This document shows, one piece after another, positions 13,030 to 24,942 of a DNA stretch of 64,000 nt (position 1 is its first letter; each line of letters starts with the position of its first letter). The notes below the pieces were generated by a model. It searched no databases, was not told the origin of the DNA, and worked only from the letters and a program-made list of their open reading frames with translations. A program made the translations under genes and the position numbers. Source of the stretch: Lama glama (taxonomy: Eukaryota); the NCBI GenBank assembly GCA_028534125.1, contig CM052816.1, positions 88,290,001-88,354,000 of the forward strand, given 5' to 3'.

Positions 13030-13300
13030 TATATGCTGGTTTTGATTTGCATTTGTCTAATAACAAATGATGCTGAGCATTTTTTCACATGATTGTTGGC
13101 TATTTGTATACCTTATTTAGAGAAATATCTACTCGAGTCTCTGAGCCATTCTTTAATTGGGTTATTTGTATTTTTGTTATTGTTGAATTGTAAGCATTCT
13201 TTATACATTCTTGATACTAGACTCCTTTTAGATATATAAATTGCAAAAAAAATTTTATCTTTCTGTATGTTATCTTTTTATTTTCTTGAGAGTGTCTTAC
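13030..13300 (-). mobile_element. L1 ORF2 fragment
   Basis: tttgatttgcattt...gatgctgagcattttttcac...ggctatttgtata antisense L1 motif. Confidence 0.8.
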
Positions 13301-13332
13301 TTTGGACTAGGTTGTATTCCAGACAAATATAT

Positions 13333-13630
13333 ACAAGTTTTTCTTGACTTATGATACATTATGTCCCAATAAGCTCATTAAAAGTTGAAATTATCGTAAG
13401 TCAAAAATACATTAAATACACCTAATCCACTACACATCGAAGCGTAACCTAAGCTACCTTAAACATGCTCAGAAAACTTACATTAACCTACAGTTGGGCA
13501 AAGTCATCTAACACAAAGCCTATTTTATAATAAAGTGTTGAATATCTCATGTAATTTATTGAATTCTGTACTACAAGTGAAAAGCAGAATGGTTGTCTGG
13601 GTATAAAATGGTTTAAATGTATCATTTGTT
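13333..13630 (+). mobile_element. MER47A-like TcMar-Tigger element
   Basis: cctacagttgggcaaagtcatctaacacaaagcctattttataataaagtgttgaatatctcatg. Confidence 0.85.
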
Positions 13631-13849
13631 TATCTCATCATTTTCCCTAATTTTTATACCCTAAATTAATAAGTGGTTTGTTTTTCAAGGTAAAGCAGAT
13701 GACTTATTCACTAAAACCTGACAAAAGTCATCAGCTTTCTAGCCTGTGATTTGTATGTTCCTACATTTCACGACCCTTCAGTTTCATGAACAAAGTCCAT
13801 AGTTTGGTTTTGTTTCATGCAGAATAGCATTCCTGGTGCCATATTCTAT

Positions 13850-14295
13850 ATCTGTGTGGATTAAATTTAGCTATGAATAACAGAGGCATCCAAAGAATGG
13901 ATTAACATTTAGCAGTATATTCTAGTCTGACGGTAATATTCACATGTGGGAAATCAAGTTGGCCATGAATCATAGTATTTCCACTTCCTTCTCTACCAAG
14001 GGCATTATATCTCTCAAGCTCCTGGTCCAACATGAAACTGTAGCCATCATGTTGGTTAATTCCAAGCAGTAGTGCATAAGATGCAAAAATGCATCTCAGC
14101 AGTGCTATAGGAAATTTCTCAGGATGAGTTGTTACGTAATAGTTCAGTTTGGACCCTTTGGTCACATGCCACTCCTCAACCCAAAATGAAATGAGAAATG
14201 TATGTTTTGTTCTAATTAGACTTGATGTACATTAAAACTTAAGGCTGCTTTATGGAGGAAATGGTCATAGAGGAGACAGCTAGCAGTCTCTGCAT
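13850..14295 (-). mobile_element. Old MaLR LTR (MLT1J/K-like)
   Basis: tttagctatgaataacaga..., gtcacatgccactcctcaac, cagctagcagtctctgc motifs. Confidence 0.45.
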
Positions 14296-14743
14296 GGAAT
14301 ACTTCATTGTTAAGTTTGCCACGTTTTACAGTCATTTTAACAATTAGTGTGATAACCTTTCCATGATATTAGGAGGCTGTAAAGAGGGCTTGACCATCCT
14401 GACTTTGTGCTTTTTAAAATTTATTTTTCTTTTACAAATTTTACCCATCATTGTGCCTACTATCTTGTGATATTTCATGGGTCTGACCTCAAATATAAGA
14501 AGAATATTAAGTAAGTGACCTTGACTATTCAGTTGGCAGACATATATTAAAGGCAGATGTCACATAGGTTGAAAAATTAATTCTCTATGGAGACCAAATT
14601 TTTTGACCAGTTCTTGGCTGATGTGGAAATTATGTATTCTGTAAGTTTTGATTTTAAATTGTAAAGAAAACAAGGATAAATGTGATATTTAATGTATAAT
14701 TTGACTATTTCTTATTTAGCTTGTAAGAAGTTAAAATATATAG

Positions 14744-14746
<3 letters not shown>

Positions 14747-14776
<30 letters not shown>
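14747..14776. repeat. (AT)n microsatellite
   Basis: Seen directly. Confidence 0.95.
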
Positions 14777-14782
<6 letters not shown>

Positions 14783-15062
14783 GCAATGTGCTATTTTCCT
14801 GTGTATGTTTGGAATATATATACACATTATAAACTAAGAGAAGATAAACTCAAATTTTATCTCAGTTAAACTAACAGTTATTGCACATCCAAACTGTGAC
14901 AAACTCTGTAATAGGTCCCAGATCACATAATACTCAATATATTCATATGCCTCCTTTCAGGACCATTTTCACTTGTGCACTTTTTTGATTCTATGTTCCC
15001 AACATGCTGCCTCCAAAGACTGTCTTAAAAAACAAAAGAAAACAAAACAAAACTCCTCTTAC

Positions 15063-15166
15063 TTTTAAAGTGCATGAAATCTTTAGAACTTCACATGTTA
15101 TTTCCAACAGGGACGTGCTTCCTGACATTTCTGGGGAAATTGATGTTTTTTTCCAAATCTTAAACC
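15063..15166 (-). pseudogene. 104-nt exon
   Basis: cttgtttttctcag|...AA|gtaaga. Both splice signals are strong; the frame is ambiguous. Confidence 0.55.
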
Positions 15167-16148
15167 CTGAGAAAAACAAGTCCAGAACTTTGGAAATCAG
15201 GAAAATCATTCTTCCACAGGAATTGATGCTTAACAATTAATACAGAGAAGTTAGTGGACCAAGGAATTCACTGACATCAAATAGAAAATGAGATCAGGAG
15301 GCCTGATGGACAGAGCTGAAGGTCAAAGTTGACCTTTTCGGGAAACTTGAAAGGAATATGTTAGGGGGAAGCAGTCACCAGTAATAAAGTCAAAGTACAC
15401 ATCGTGGTCCAGAAAAAAATATTTACAATTATATTATAAAAAAGGGCAAATTTTCATTTTATATGTATACACACACATACACACATATATATAATTTCTA
15501 TATTTTATAAAGAAAAAGAATGTTACTGGATTGCAAAATTGGTAAAGGATATGAGAACTTTAGGAAAAATAAAATGTTAATGTATCTTCAGCATATAAAA
15601 AAAGTTTATAGTTATTCCTTATAAAGTAGATGCAAATAAATATGCTAATGAGATATGGTTCTTTAAAAACTTAAATGATTGACAAATGCTGAACAATTTG
15701 GTAAGAAATGACACAGTTTAACCCAATTTAAATAGCAAACCTCAATTCAACCACTCCCCACGTTTATTTAGAAAGATAAATTTACTCCATAACATTTATC
15801 AGCATCTAACGTACTACATATTTTATTCGTATTTGAAATAAACTGCATGTATAAAGACAACATATACACAGTTCTTTCAACATCTGTAGTGAAACTTTTT
15901 TTTTAATTTATCATCCAATCTAGTCCCCGAGGCCAGCAGAGAGAGTGCTCCTATGTCATCCTTTCCCCTCCTTCTCCTCCTACCAGCCTTTTCCTTATCC
16001 CCCTTCTTTTTCTTTGTCTTCTCAGTCATCTTCAGCTTCAGCTTCCTCTTCCTCCTTCCCCAGGTCTGCCTGGCACAAAACTTCTCTCTCAATCATTAGA
16101 GGAACATAGCTTCAGTGCAAAAAGTATCCGAGGATATCCAAAACTCAC

Positions 16149-16318
16149 TGATATAAAGAGTTAAATTCTAAAACTGTGTTGAAGTGGGACAGAGCTCTCT
16201 ACTTCCAGCTGCTGTTGTTTTATAGGATAAAACAATTTTATCATGGGAGGAAGAAGATCGATGGCTGTTGTAATTGAGCTCCGTATAATCTCTATTGCAC
16301 CTCAATAACTTATAAGAT
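16149..16318 (-). pseudogene. Exon: helical / coiled-coil-like segment
   Basis: aattaacctaag|...CA|gtgagt. Fragments AIEIIRSSITTAI, IKQQQLEVES, ALSHFNTVLEFNSLY. Confidence 0.5.
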
Positions 16319-16560
16319 CTTAGGTTAATTTAAAAACAGCATTCTAATGATTCTCCTGTCACTAGGGTTAATGATTATTTGGATCATTTCAATGATCATG
16401 AAGTTGAGATAGGAAACACAGGACTGTTGTGTTTATAAACAATGATCGTTCAGAACTGCTCATTTCCTTCTAAATGAAAGATAATATGAGTTACAAATTA
16501 AAATCTAAGGGCTTGTAGTGAAAGCTGTGCCAGTTTGTGTAATAAGTAGTATTTTCTTAT

Positions 16561-16711
16561 CATTTTACATCAATTTTCATTGATCTGTTAAAACATTTTA
16601 ATTTTAGAGGAAATGTCTGGAAGTGTCAGCAAGTACAGAGATCTGGCAACTAGTAAAGACAGACATCACTGTGGTCTTTTATATAAAATACTGAACAGAA
16701 AATCCACCACA
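16561..16711 (-). pseudogene. Exon following RRM-like segment
   Basis: gaattcttgcag acceptor. Reads (S)VVDFLFSILYKRPQ*CLSLLVARSLYLLTLPDISSKIK in phase with the previous exon. Donor mutated (ataaga). Confidence 0.5.
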
Positions 16712-16918
16712 CTGCAAGAATTCCAAATTGTTAATATTTATTTAATTAGAAAATTATTTAGGGCTTTTGAAATGGATATAATATGGATATTTACAGGTTA
16801 AGTAAAGCATTTTAAAATGATGATATTTTAATTTTATTTATTTTAACTCTTTGGAAGCACTCTTTGAAGGCAATAGAGGTAAGGAAGAAATTGTGGGGTA
16901 TAGAAATTAAGGGATAAC

Positions 16919-17082
16919 CTAAACAACCATGGGACTCATGGGAAATACTTCACATATAAATGAATAAGGTTTTCTCTCAGACCAAGCATTTTTTGTGTTT
17001 TCCTCTCTCTCATCTCTTTCTAGATGCTCTGTCTGTTCCATTTTCAAAATCTCACATGAAATATCCTTAAATATAATATTAA
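16919..17082 (-). pseudogene. Exon: RRM-like N-half
   Basis: cattcttcttttgcaag acceptor. Reads (V)NIIFKDISCEILKMEQTEHLERDEREENT/KMLGLRENLIHLYVKYF, a beta1-alpha1-beta2-beta3-like pattern. Donor degenerate (gttatc). Confidence 0.55.
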
Positions 17083-18063
17083 CTTGCAAAAGAAGAATGT
17101 ACACTGTCTCCCTCTGATGATAGCTTTGTCTTTAGAGTGGGACATTTGGAAATAAATAGAGGGGGACACTGGATCCCAGAGATCCTTCAGAGATCACCGT
17201 TGTTAATCACCTCCATTTACATACCATGAAAGGGTGATCCAGAAGGCTCTATTTTCCTGTAACACACTCAGACTTAATTTTGCTAAAACTCATCTTTTAT
17301 CATTGATCATTTTCCAACCTCAAGTATTAACATTTTCTCTTTGGTAAAAAATGCATTATTATCATATGTCCTTTTCCTAAACGTTTCCTTGTCTTAAAAA
17401 AAAAGACTATTAATTTCAAGGATGAAAGCAATGTAGCCCATTAAATTATTGAATATCATAGAAGGGAGTATTACCTTGTCAGCTTCAGCATTGTAAATGC
17501 ATTTCTAGGAGATTTAAAAATCTTTTTCTGTTTCAGTTATGTTTCCTTTATTGCACTATTTTATACTAGAGCACATTGCAGAGTTAACAGTTTTTAAAGC
17601 AACTCATAATTTTGTGCACATCTCTGCCATATTATTACCATCTGCATTCTGTTTAAGGTTTAATTTTAAAAATAATTGCCTCTTATTAAAATACCCCACA
17701 TTACATTATTGCTGGTCATGCAGAAAATTACTTTGCTGCAGGAAACAAAACCATCCAATATAATCTTTTCTCTTTATAGCAGAGGAGATAATTGGATTAA
17801 TCACAAGTCAAAATCTTGGAAGTAGACTACTTTGTTGGCTAAACTTAGCCATGCCTATCACTTAGAGATGATAGATAACAGAGCTTCCATGATGCTAGAT
17901 AGTCAAGTGCAAGTAGTCATGGTAATAGTGAATATTTTTAAAATATTAAGATGTGTTAATTATCCACTGCATATGCGATGAAGCTGGATTAGCTCCATGG
18001 GGAACTAGTTGCCTTGTTAGGACATAAGCACATAACCAAGCCCGTGTAGGTCTCCTCGCTTAC

Positions 18064-18213
18064 CTGATTCATTTTTTAAGTGTTAAGACTTTCGATACAG
18101 TAGAAAAGTTCTCGTATTGTGAACCTTTGAATGATTGGGTCTACAGCATGACTTCGGGTAGAACGTTGGATCCTGAGACTGTCCAGTGGCTTGATTTCTC
18201 AGTGGTTCTCTTT
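18064..18213 (-). pseudogene. 150-nt linker exon
   Basis: ccctattgaacag|...CAG|gtaagc. Symmetric phase 1-1. Confidence 0.6.
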
Positions 18214-18619
18214 CTGTTCAATAGGGTTAATTATTTTACAATATATTTTTTTTCAGAGCAAGGTCTATATTGATGTTTAGGAATGCAATTTGAAAATGAA
18301 GATTCTAACAAGGAGTTTGATTTAAGAATCTTTAGGCATGGCTATTAACATGAAATTTTGGATATAGGAGGAAATTTAAATTATTTCATATGATAGATGA
18401 AAAAGGTGAGATACAATGGGGTTACATTACTTATGGAGGAATAAGCCATAGTTGAAAGTGTTAGCATGAGAATTCATGTCAACCACGTTCAGTAAAACAC
18501 TCTTTTGCACTGCTTAAAGCTGTCTAGGAGAATTGTAAATGAATCACTTAGTGTATTCAGGCAATTAGAGGAGGATTTTTTTAATGTATTTAAATTAGTT
18601 TCTCAAATTTTATTTATTA

Positions 18620-21600
18620 TATTTTATTTATTTAATTTAATTTAAACACAAGCACTCCAAAGCCCTCTTATGTTTCCTTCTGATCATTAAACCCTCTCCT
18701 CCCCAAAGGAAATGACTGTCTTGACATCTAAACCCATAAATTAATGTCACGTACTAATTATATATACAACATTATATAACATTAATTTTTTTATTTCTTG
18801 CCTAAGTTACTCAAAATTATGTTTTTTGGCTTCACTGATGTTCAAATGTAGAGCTACAGATCATCCAATTACAAAATTGTGTATTAAATCACCACATAAA
18901 CTATAGCACAAAATATCCATTCTACTAGTGATAGATTGTATATATTAGTTAGATATTATGGCGAATGTATTTAGAATCATATTAATAAAACCTTTTGGGT
19001 GCAATGGTCATGCATTTTGATTAGAATAAAATGTTTAAGTCATAGGGAATATCTGTGTTCAAATTAAATAAAAAATGCCAAACTCTTTTTCCAGTGTAGT
19101 TATACCAATTTGCAGTCTGATCACAAATGCATGAAAATTGTCTTTCCTCTAAATCTTTGCTAAACACTGGTATGTTAGCCTTTTTAATTGTAACTGTTAC
19201 AGCGGTATGTAATTACTAAATTTTTAAAAAATTTGATGAGCTCACACAGATCATTTACTAAAATATTCTGGGCCATAAGACATGCCCCAACAAATTTCAA
19301 TAAACAGAAATCATAAAATCTCTGTCTTTTACTTGGTGTATTTAGATTATTTTCATTTAAAATAATTATCAGTATAATTGGGTTAATAGCTACCATGTTT
19401 GTAACTGTTTTCTTTTCATTGCACTTGTTCTTTATTTCTTGTTTGTCTCTCTTTTGCTGCCTTCTTTGGCTTTAACTTAGGTTTTCTAATTTTCTTGTGT
19501 GTCTTCTATTAGCATATTAATTATATTTCTTTTGTAAAAATCTTAGTACTTGCCCTTGTTTTTACAATACATATTTTAACTAACTTTTGTGTCACTGCTT
19601 TTTAAAATGCCACTTACCTTGTAGTAGACATCTTATAACAAGTGTATCTAATTTCTCCTCCTGTACCATGTGACATTGTTGTAATCTACTATAATTAAAC
19701 ATTTATCACTAAGATCAATTAAGAATAACAATTAATTAATTAATTAATTTACTGTTGAATTTTCCTTCTTCGTGTAGAGCCAAGTAAGTAGATCCCAGAT
19801 GCTGTATTTCTCTGGATGCACCTGTATCCAAATTTGAGGGTAGCTGGAATACTCTGAAGCCTCAGTTCTCTGATGGACCAGGAAGAGCTGATGATTTTTA
19901 GCTTATTTGTCTTTTTCTTGCTGTTATGGGAGTGATGACTTCCAAGCATTTTACATGCTGGAGCTGACCCCAGAAACATTCCAAAGTTCACTTTATATAT
20001 TGACCTCTTAGCTTGCAATTTACTATTGTCACTTTATAATGCTAATAACTTAAACTTAGGTTATTTTGGATTTTCTACACATGGAATCATTCATCTGTGA
20101 ATAACTGCAGTTCTATTTTCCATTTTCTATGTATCTTTTTTTTTTTTCCTTTCCTTCCTGCCTTGCTCCCCTCAATCTTTTCATTATTTTTCTGGCTAGG
20201 AACTTTAGTCCAGTGTTTAAATTAATTTAAAGGAAAATTTGGAAATATCTGAACTGGTTGCAATTTAAAACCTGTCTATTTGAGGTGTGCAGGCAAAGAA
20301 GTGGTAGAAAATCCACAACTGTAAATGCTAATAATAGAAAAGAAAAGGAATGAAAAATGAATCTTTACAGTGTCGATAAGAAACTAGAAAAAGATCTTAC
20401 ACATTAAGCCAAAGGAAGAAAAAAAATAAAGATTAGAACAGACATTCCTGAAAGAGAAAATAAACCAATAATAAAGGAAACAGATAAATCTGAAAACAGT
20501 TACTTTAAACAAATTATTAAATTTGTTAAAAAAAAAAACCCAAAACTTAGGCTTTAAAAAGAATAAACTACTATATATCTAACAAGCAATGGATATTAAA
20601 GGAATTTTATTGAACAGACTTATGCTACCAAAACTGAAGCACTTAAATAAATTTAGTAATATCTTGAAAGACACAAATTATCAAAAGTGATTCACCAAAA
20701 AATATAAAACTTGAATAGTCTATTTCTTTCTATAAAAGGACACAACTGTTAATTAAAGAAACTTTCTACAAAGAAAACTTCAAGCTTAGGTGGAGACACT
20801 GGTAAATTCAAATACTTAAGTAATGAATAATATAAATCTTATTTGAGAAAATAGAAAAAAAAGATTTTCTTATCTCATTTAATGGGGCAAAAATTAACTT
20901 GACACCAAAATGAGAAAAAACAGTATAAAAGAAAAAATAGATATTGTTCACATAGTGAATATGTCTCTGTTTATATAGTGAATAGATGTAAACATGATGT
21001 ATACATAGATGCAAAAATATAGATACAAATATCTTTAACAAAATAGTTGCTAATAACAACTAGAGACATACAAAGAATTAATAGATTATGAGCAAGTGCT
21101 GTTTATCCCTGGATAAATATTGGAGCATTGACAAATATAATTAACCATTGTACTAGAGGTCCTAGCATGTGCATTAGAACAAAGAAAATGTAAAAACTTG
21201 TAAAGTAGAAGTGAGACAGCAAAACAGAGTTTTCATTAAACATGATTGTGCAGAAAATCCTAAGGAATCTACAAAAAGTACTATCAATAATTAGAGAATT
21301 TTGTGGGTTCATAAGAAACATGATCAATATACAAAAATTGATTTATTTCCATGTAGAAAGAGCAATTAGGTATGGATAAAAATATAATTTACAACAGAAC
21401 TTAATGCGTAAAGTACTTAGATACACAATTAATGTAATGTGTAATGACCTGGACTTGTTTCGGGCGAACTTTTGATTACACTTTCAATTTCAGTACTAGT
21501 GATCAGTCTATTCAGATATCTTATTTCTTCCTGATTCAGTCATAGAAAGTTTGTATGATTCTAAGAATTTATCAATTTCTTCTAGGTTGTCCAATTTATT

Positions 21601-21645
21601 GGTGTATAACTGTTCATATTTTTAAATAACCTTTTGTATTTATTT
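18620..21645. mobile_element. Cluster of old L1 fragments in both orientations
   Basis: Antisense L1ME-like 18.6-19.2 kb; sense ORF2 remnants 20.2-21.45 kb (gaaaatcctaaggaatctacaaaa); antisense ORF2 21.455-21.645 kb (aatttcttctaggttgtccaatttattgg). Confidence 0.75.
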
Positions 21646-21659
21646 GCAACTTAATAATT

Positions 21660-21832
21660 ATTTGGTGATATTTTAAGGGACAAGGTCTGCCAGAAATCAG
21701 GTTGAAATCCATCAAGAAACTTCTTTTTTCTTTACGTTATTTGGACATGGATATCCCACGCCACAATGAAGGGATCGATAACTGGGAATAGTTCACAGAA
21801 TTAATTAGAGTTATGATAAGTGGTATGGGAGC
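21660..21832 (-). pseudogene. Exon: C-half of KEN-like domain
   Basis: TACTAAC branch point (21865-21859) and cattttcag acceptor. Reads SHTTYHNSN*FCELFPV/RSLHCGVGYPCPNNVKKKEVS*WIST*FLADLVP, resembling IRE1 [20 protein letters not shown]...YFTSRFPHLL. The 3' end abuts an L1 and no donor is seen. Confidence 0.6.
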
Positions 21833-21919
21833 CTGAAAATGGATCTAAATCAGGTAAAGTTAGTATTTTTATTTCCAGTTATCACGATTTTGAAGACAAA
21901 ATGTGTTTATCAAACTTAT

Positions 21920-22413
21920 GTCCTTTTTATAGCCATGTGAGAAGGGGCAATATCCTGGCATTTCACAGGATTCATTATATGTAAGCATACATTTTCATCG
22001 TGAGACTTTTGCAGGTGGATATTTACTGCAAAATGTGTTAAAGAAAATCTCTGCAGGGTCCCACTCCTCTCACATCCACTTATTTCCATTAATGACAATC
22101 TGTACCCAATTTGTGGGCAATGCACCTTTCATATAGTCAGTTTCACATTCATCACAAGATGAATACATATAGGCTGATTTTCCTTCTACTTCAGTGCAAA
22201 ATCATAGCAGGTGCATGTGAGAGAAGATATTTCTCTGCTTAGCTGGAGTAGCATTTTCATAACTGTATTTCCAAATATTAAGATAAGTAGTTGCAATTGG
22301 AATCTCATGGTTTATGCATTTTCTCTTCAACTAAATCCATCAATTTATCTTTAAGATTTATATTGTTATGTGTAAAAACAGTTCTTTTTTCAATTCTGAC
22401 TTTTATCAATTAT
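21920..22413 (-). pseudogene. Exon: N-half of KEN-like domain plus C3H1 zinc finger
   Basis: A 137-codon frame (22330-21920) is broken only by three TGA stops: ...ATPAKQRNIFSHMHLL*FCTEVEGK...GALPTNWVQIVINGNKWM*EEWDPAEIFFNTFCSKYPPAKVSR*KCMLTYNESCEMPGYCPFSHGYKK. Exact C-x7-C-x5-C-x3-H at 21991-21935. Donor mutated (GAC|ataagt). Confidence 0.8.
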
Positions 22414-23341
22414 CTTTAAACAGTGAAGAGAGAGAGTAACAGATGTCATAGTATCAACAAAGCATAGATCTATCTGTGTAACATAGTGTGAAAACGAGTA
22501 CTGTTTCAAAATCCACTTTGCTGTATTCAAATTAAATATCAACAGGTTGGAGACATTCTTGTCTTTTTTTTTATATTTACTTTATGCTGAATTTTTGTGA
22601 TTACTTTCTACAAAGAGTATAGCATTTTTAGTGACTTCTTGAAAGTGAAGAATCTTTTTCCCCCCATGAGAAATTTCAGGTGAATGTCAGGAACTCAAAC
22701 AAATGCATCAATTTTTAATTGTTTGCTAAGAATTAATTAAATATATATTTTGCGCTAACATACTGTTAAGAAAAATCCATGTGATTGAAAGTAGCAAATA
22801 TTTAACATTTTAAAAAAGAATCACTTTTCTGCTTACTAACATTTAATATATTTTGTTACACGAATAAGGTTACATGTAGAAATACATAGAAAAATAGAAA
22901 GTAATGTGCTAAAATGTTAATGAGTCACTTTTTCAGTAAATTCATCTTAAAAACTTAAGATATCTGTCAAAAAGTTGAATTTTGTGTTTCATTTGGATGG
23001 ACTGTTTATATCTTTCCTTGTTCTGGAAATAAGTTTTAAGGTGCTTTCTATCACAACACAAATGCTAATAACAGCAAAATAGCAACAATAATAATAAATT
23101 ATTATTGTAATATATGAAAAATATATCTTCCAATAACACTTCATTTTTTTCTTTTTACTATTTTAGTCCCATAATAAACAAATGATGGAATTAATGTAGT
23201 TATTTCTCCTCTCCCAAGAACCCATAGACAGATATTGGCAGCTGAACTTCAAGGCCTTACTTTAAGTGAAATATACACAGATTTATCATCATGGAAAGTG
23301 GAAGTGATGTGAGTATATATTAATGTCATAACATCTCATAC

Positions 23342-23351
23342 CTAGGTTAGG
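23342..23351 (-). pseudogene. 10-nt micro-exon candidate
   Basis: ctctaatcttttttaacag|CCTAACCTAG|gtatga. Gives PNL(D), phase 0 to 1, fitting both neighbours. Confidence 0.35.
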
Positions 23352-24069
23352 CTGTTAAAAAAGATTAGAGCAGAGTAATCTAAGTCATTCCTCTAAAACT
23401 CTTTTCTTACAGTTTAGTCAGCTTTATATACTTGGCATAGAATAATTCTGCTCATTTCATTCATTTCTATGAGTAGAAAATTTCCTAAACTCTCCTGACC
23501 AGTTGAGTCACTCCATGCTCCTACCCCAGAACATTGTGTCCCACAGACAATAGGGAAAGGAATCAAATGACCTGAGTGTGGGGACTCAGTCTCCTGCTTT
23601 CCTCTCCTCCCCTGTAGGAGTTGTAGTTTTCAACCTAGATAAATGAGTTTGCAGAAACAGATGGACACTTCCAGAGCCTGAACTGGTACATGGAGAGGGA
23701 AGGTGTTAGAAAGGCCAGTTTAGCTCACAAACTAAGTTATGGCTTCCAGTTTACCATTAGAGAAAAGCATTTTCACATAGAGCTATTTTAGACCTTTGGG
23801 GACTGAAAGACTTTGCATATTTTTCCCTGTTTCTCAGCTAGACCTGTAGCAAACTGCTTGAGGCAGGCGATATCTAAACTCTGCTCCACTTCCTACTCCT
23901 CTTTTGTGTTTTGAATTGCCTTTAAGAGTTTACTGTTCAAAGATATGTTAATCACTGTGTTTATCATTTGAAATGTAAAGTTCAGTGTTTTGTTTCATTC
24001 TGTTTTACTTCTCTTCCGGCTTATCTGCAGCTACTCGTCAGATTTTTTTTTTTTTCCCCTTCTACATAC

Positions 24070-24137
24070 TTGTTGCTTTTGGCTTTTCCTGTAATTCTGT
24101 CCTGGTGGTGATAGGACCTTTTCTTCTGTTTTTAGGG
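24070..24137 (-). pseudogene. 68-nt exon candidate
   Basis: ggctag|...AA|gtatgt. Open frame (A)LKTEEKVLSPPGQNYRKSQKQQ, phase 1 to 0. Confidence 0.45.
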
Positions 24138-24642
24138 CTAGCCACGTGGTATGAAGGGTAATTTATCCTGCTTGATTTTCTTATTTGCTTTTTGTTTATT
24201 TGTTTGTTTGTTGGCCAGGAGAATCTTGAGAATTTTCATTCCCAGTTTGAAAATGAACTTGCACATAACATACCCTGCACTTTTCCTGGATAAAAATGTT
24301 AGTTACCTTTGGCTGCCACTGTCCAAGAACTTTCAACTCTAGATATTTTCTTCCCAGTATCTCTTATCTATCATCCCCTTCCCAGACTATAGCAGAAATT
24401 TACATTTTTGATAAGTTAATTTTGAGCGTGTTTAGGGCCTGTGTTTCCCGGCGTATTCTTTCTATTCCAAGAATGCAGTGTTTTGTCTAAGTACGATAAT
24501 GTGCTCCAAAGAGGCTTTGCTTCAGAGCAGAAGCAGAGTCTCAGGAGGAACAGGACATCAGAAAACTTGAAACATGTGTAAGGGCAGGTATTGTTTCCGT
24601 TCTAGGAAGTTTCACCTTTTCCAGCACCACGTCACACCTTAC

Positions 24643-24942
24643 CTTTGCCACTTGCCAAACAGAATGGCTGATTTTCACACAAGGATCCCTTCTCTAGTAA
24701 TTCAACTCTTTACACTCATCCAAAACGCATTATATTTAGGTTGAAGGGTCTCCTTGCATCACAAAGTAGCTCAACCTTGACCCAAAGAATGCACTCTCCT
24801 GCTCTTTTTCTCCACCGGCCTCTTTGTCTACAGACTTCTGAGCTCTGTATATCTTGGAGTTTCCTCTATCTTTGGCTCCATTGCCAGCACAGACACTGTT
24901 TTAGATATATATCTCCTCAAAGAGTGTACTTAATGAGATCCA
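24643..24942 (-). pseudogene. Linker exon candidate (300 nt)
   Basis: aaaatttttctag|...AAG|gtaagg. Purine-rich, charged translation; the correct frame is ambiguous. Confidence 0.5.

Noticed and set aside
14357..14487. Additional pseudogene exon candidate
   Set aside because: Weak acceptor (gag), weak donor (gttatc) and no motif; possible but unsupported.
15063..15240. RGS-domain-like motif FLWKNDFPDFQSS
   Set aside because: It lies upstream of the strong acceptor at 15167 and has no supporting RGS context.
11794..22413. Identification as RNASEL, ERN1/2, Roquin or Regnase
   Set aside because: No ankyrin, kinase, ROQ or NYN motifs were seen, and the sequence is far too divergent for a mammalian orthologue.
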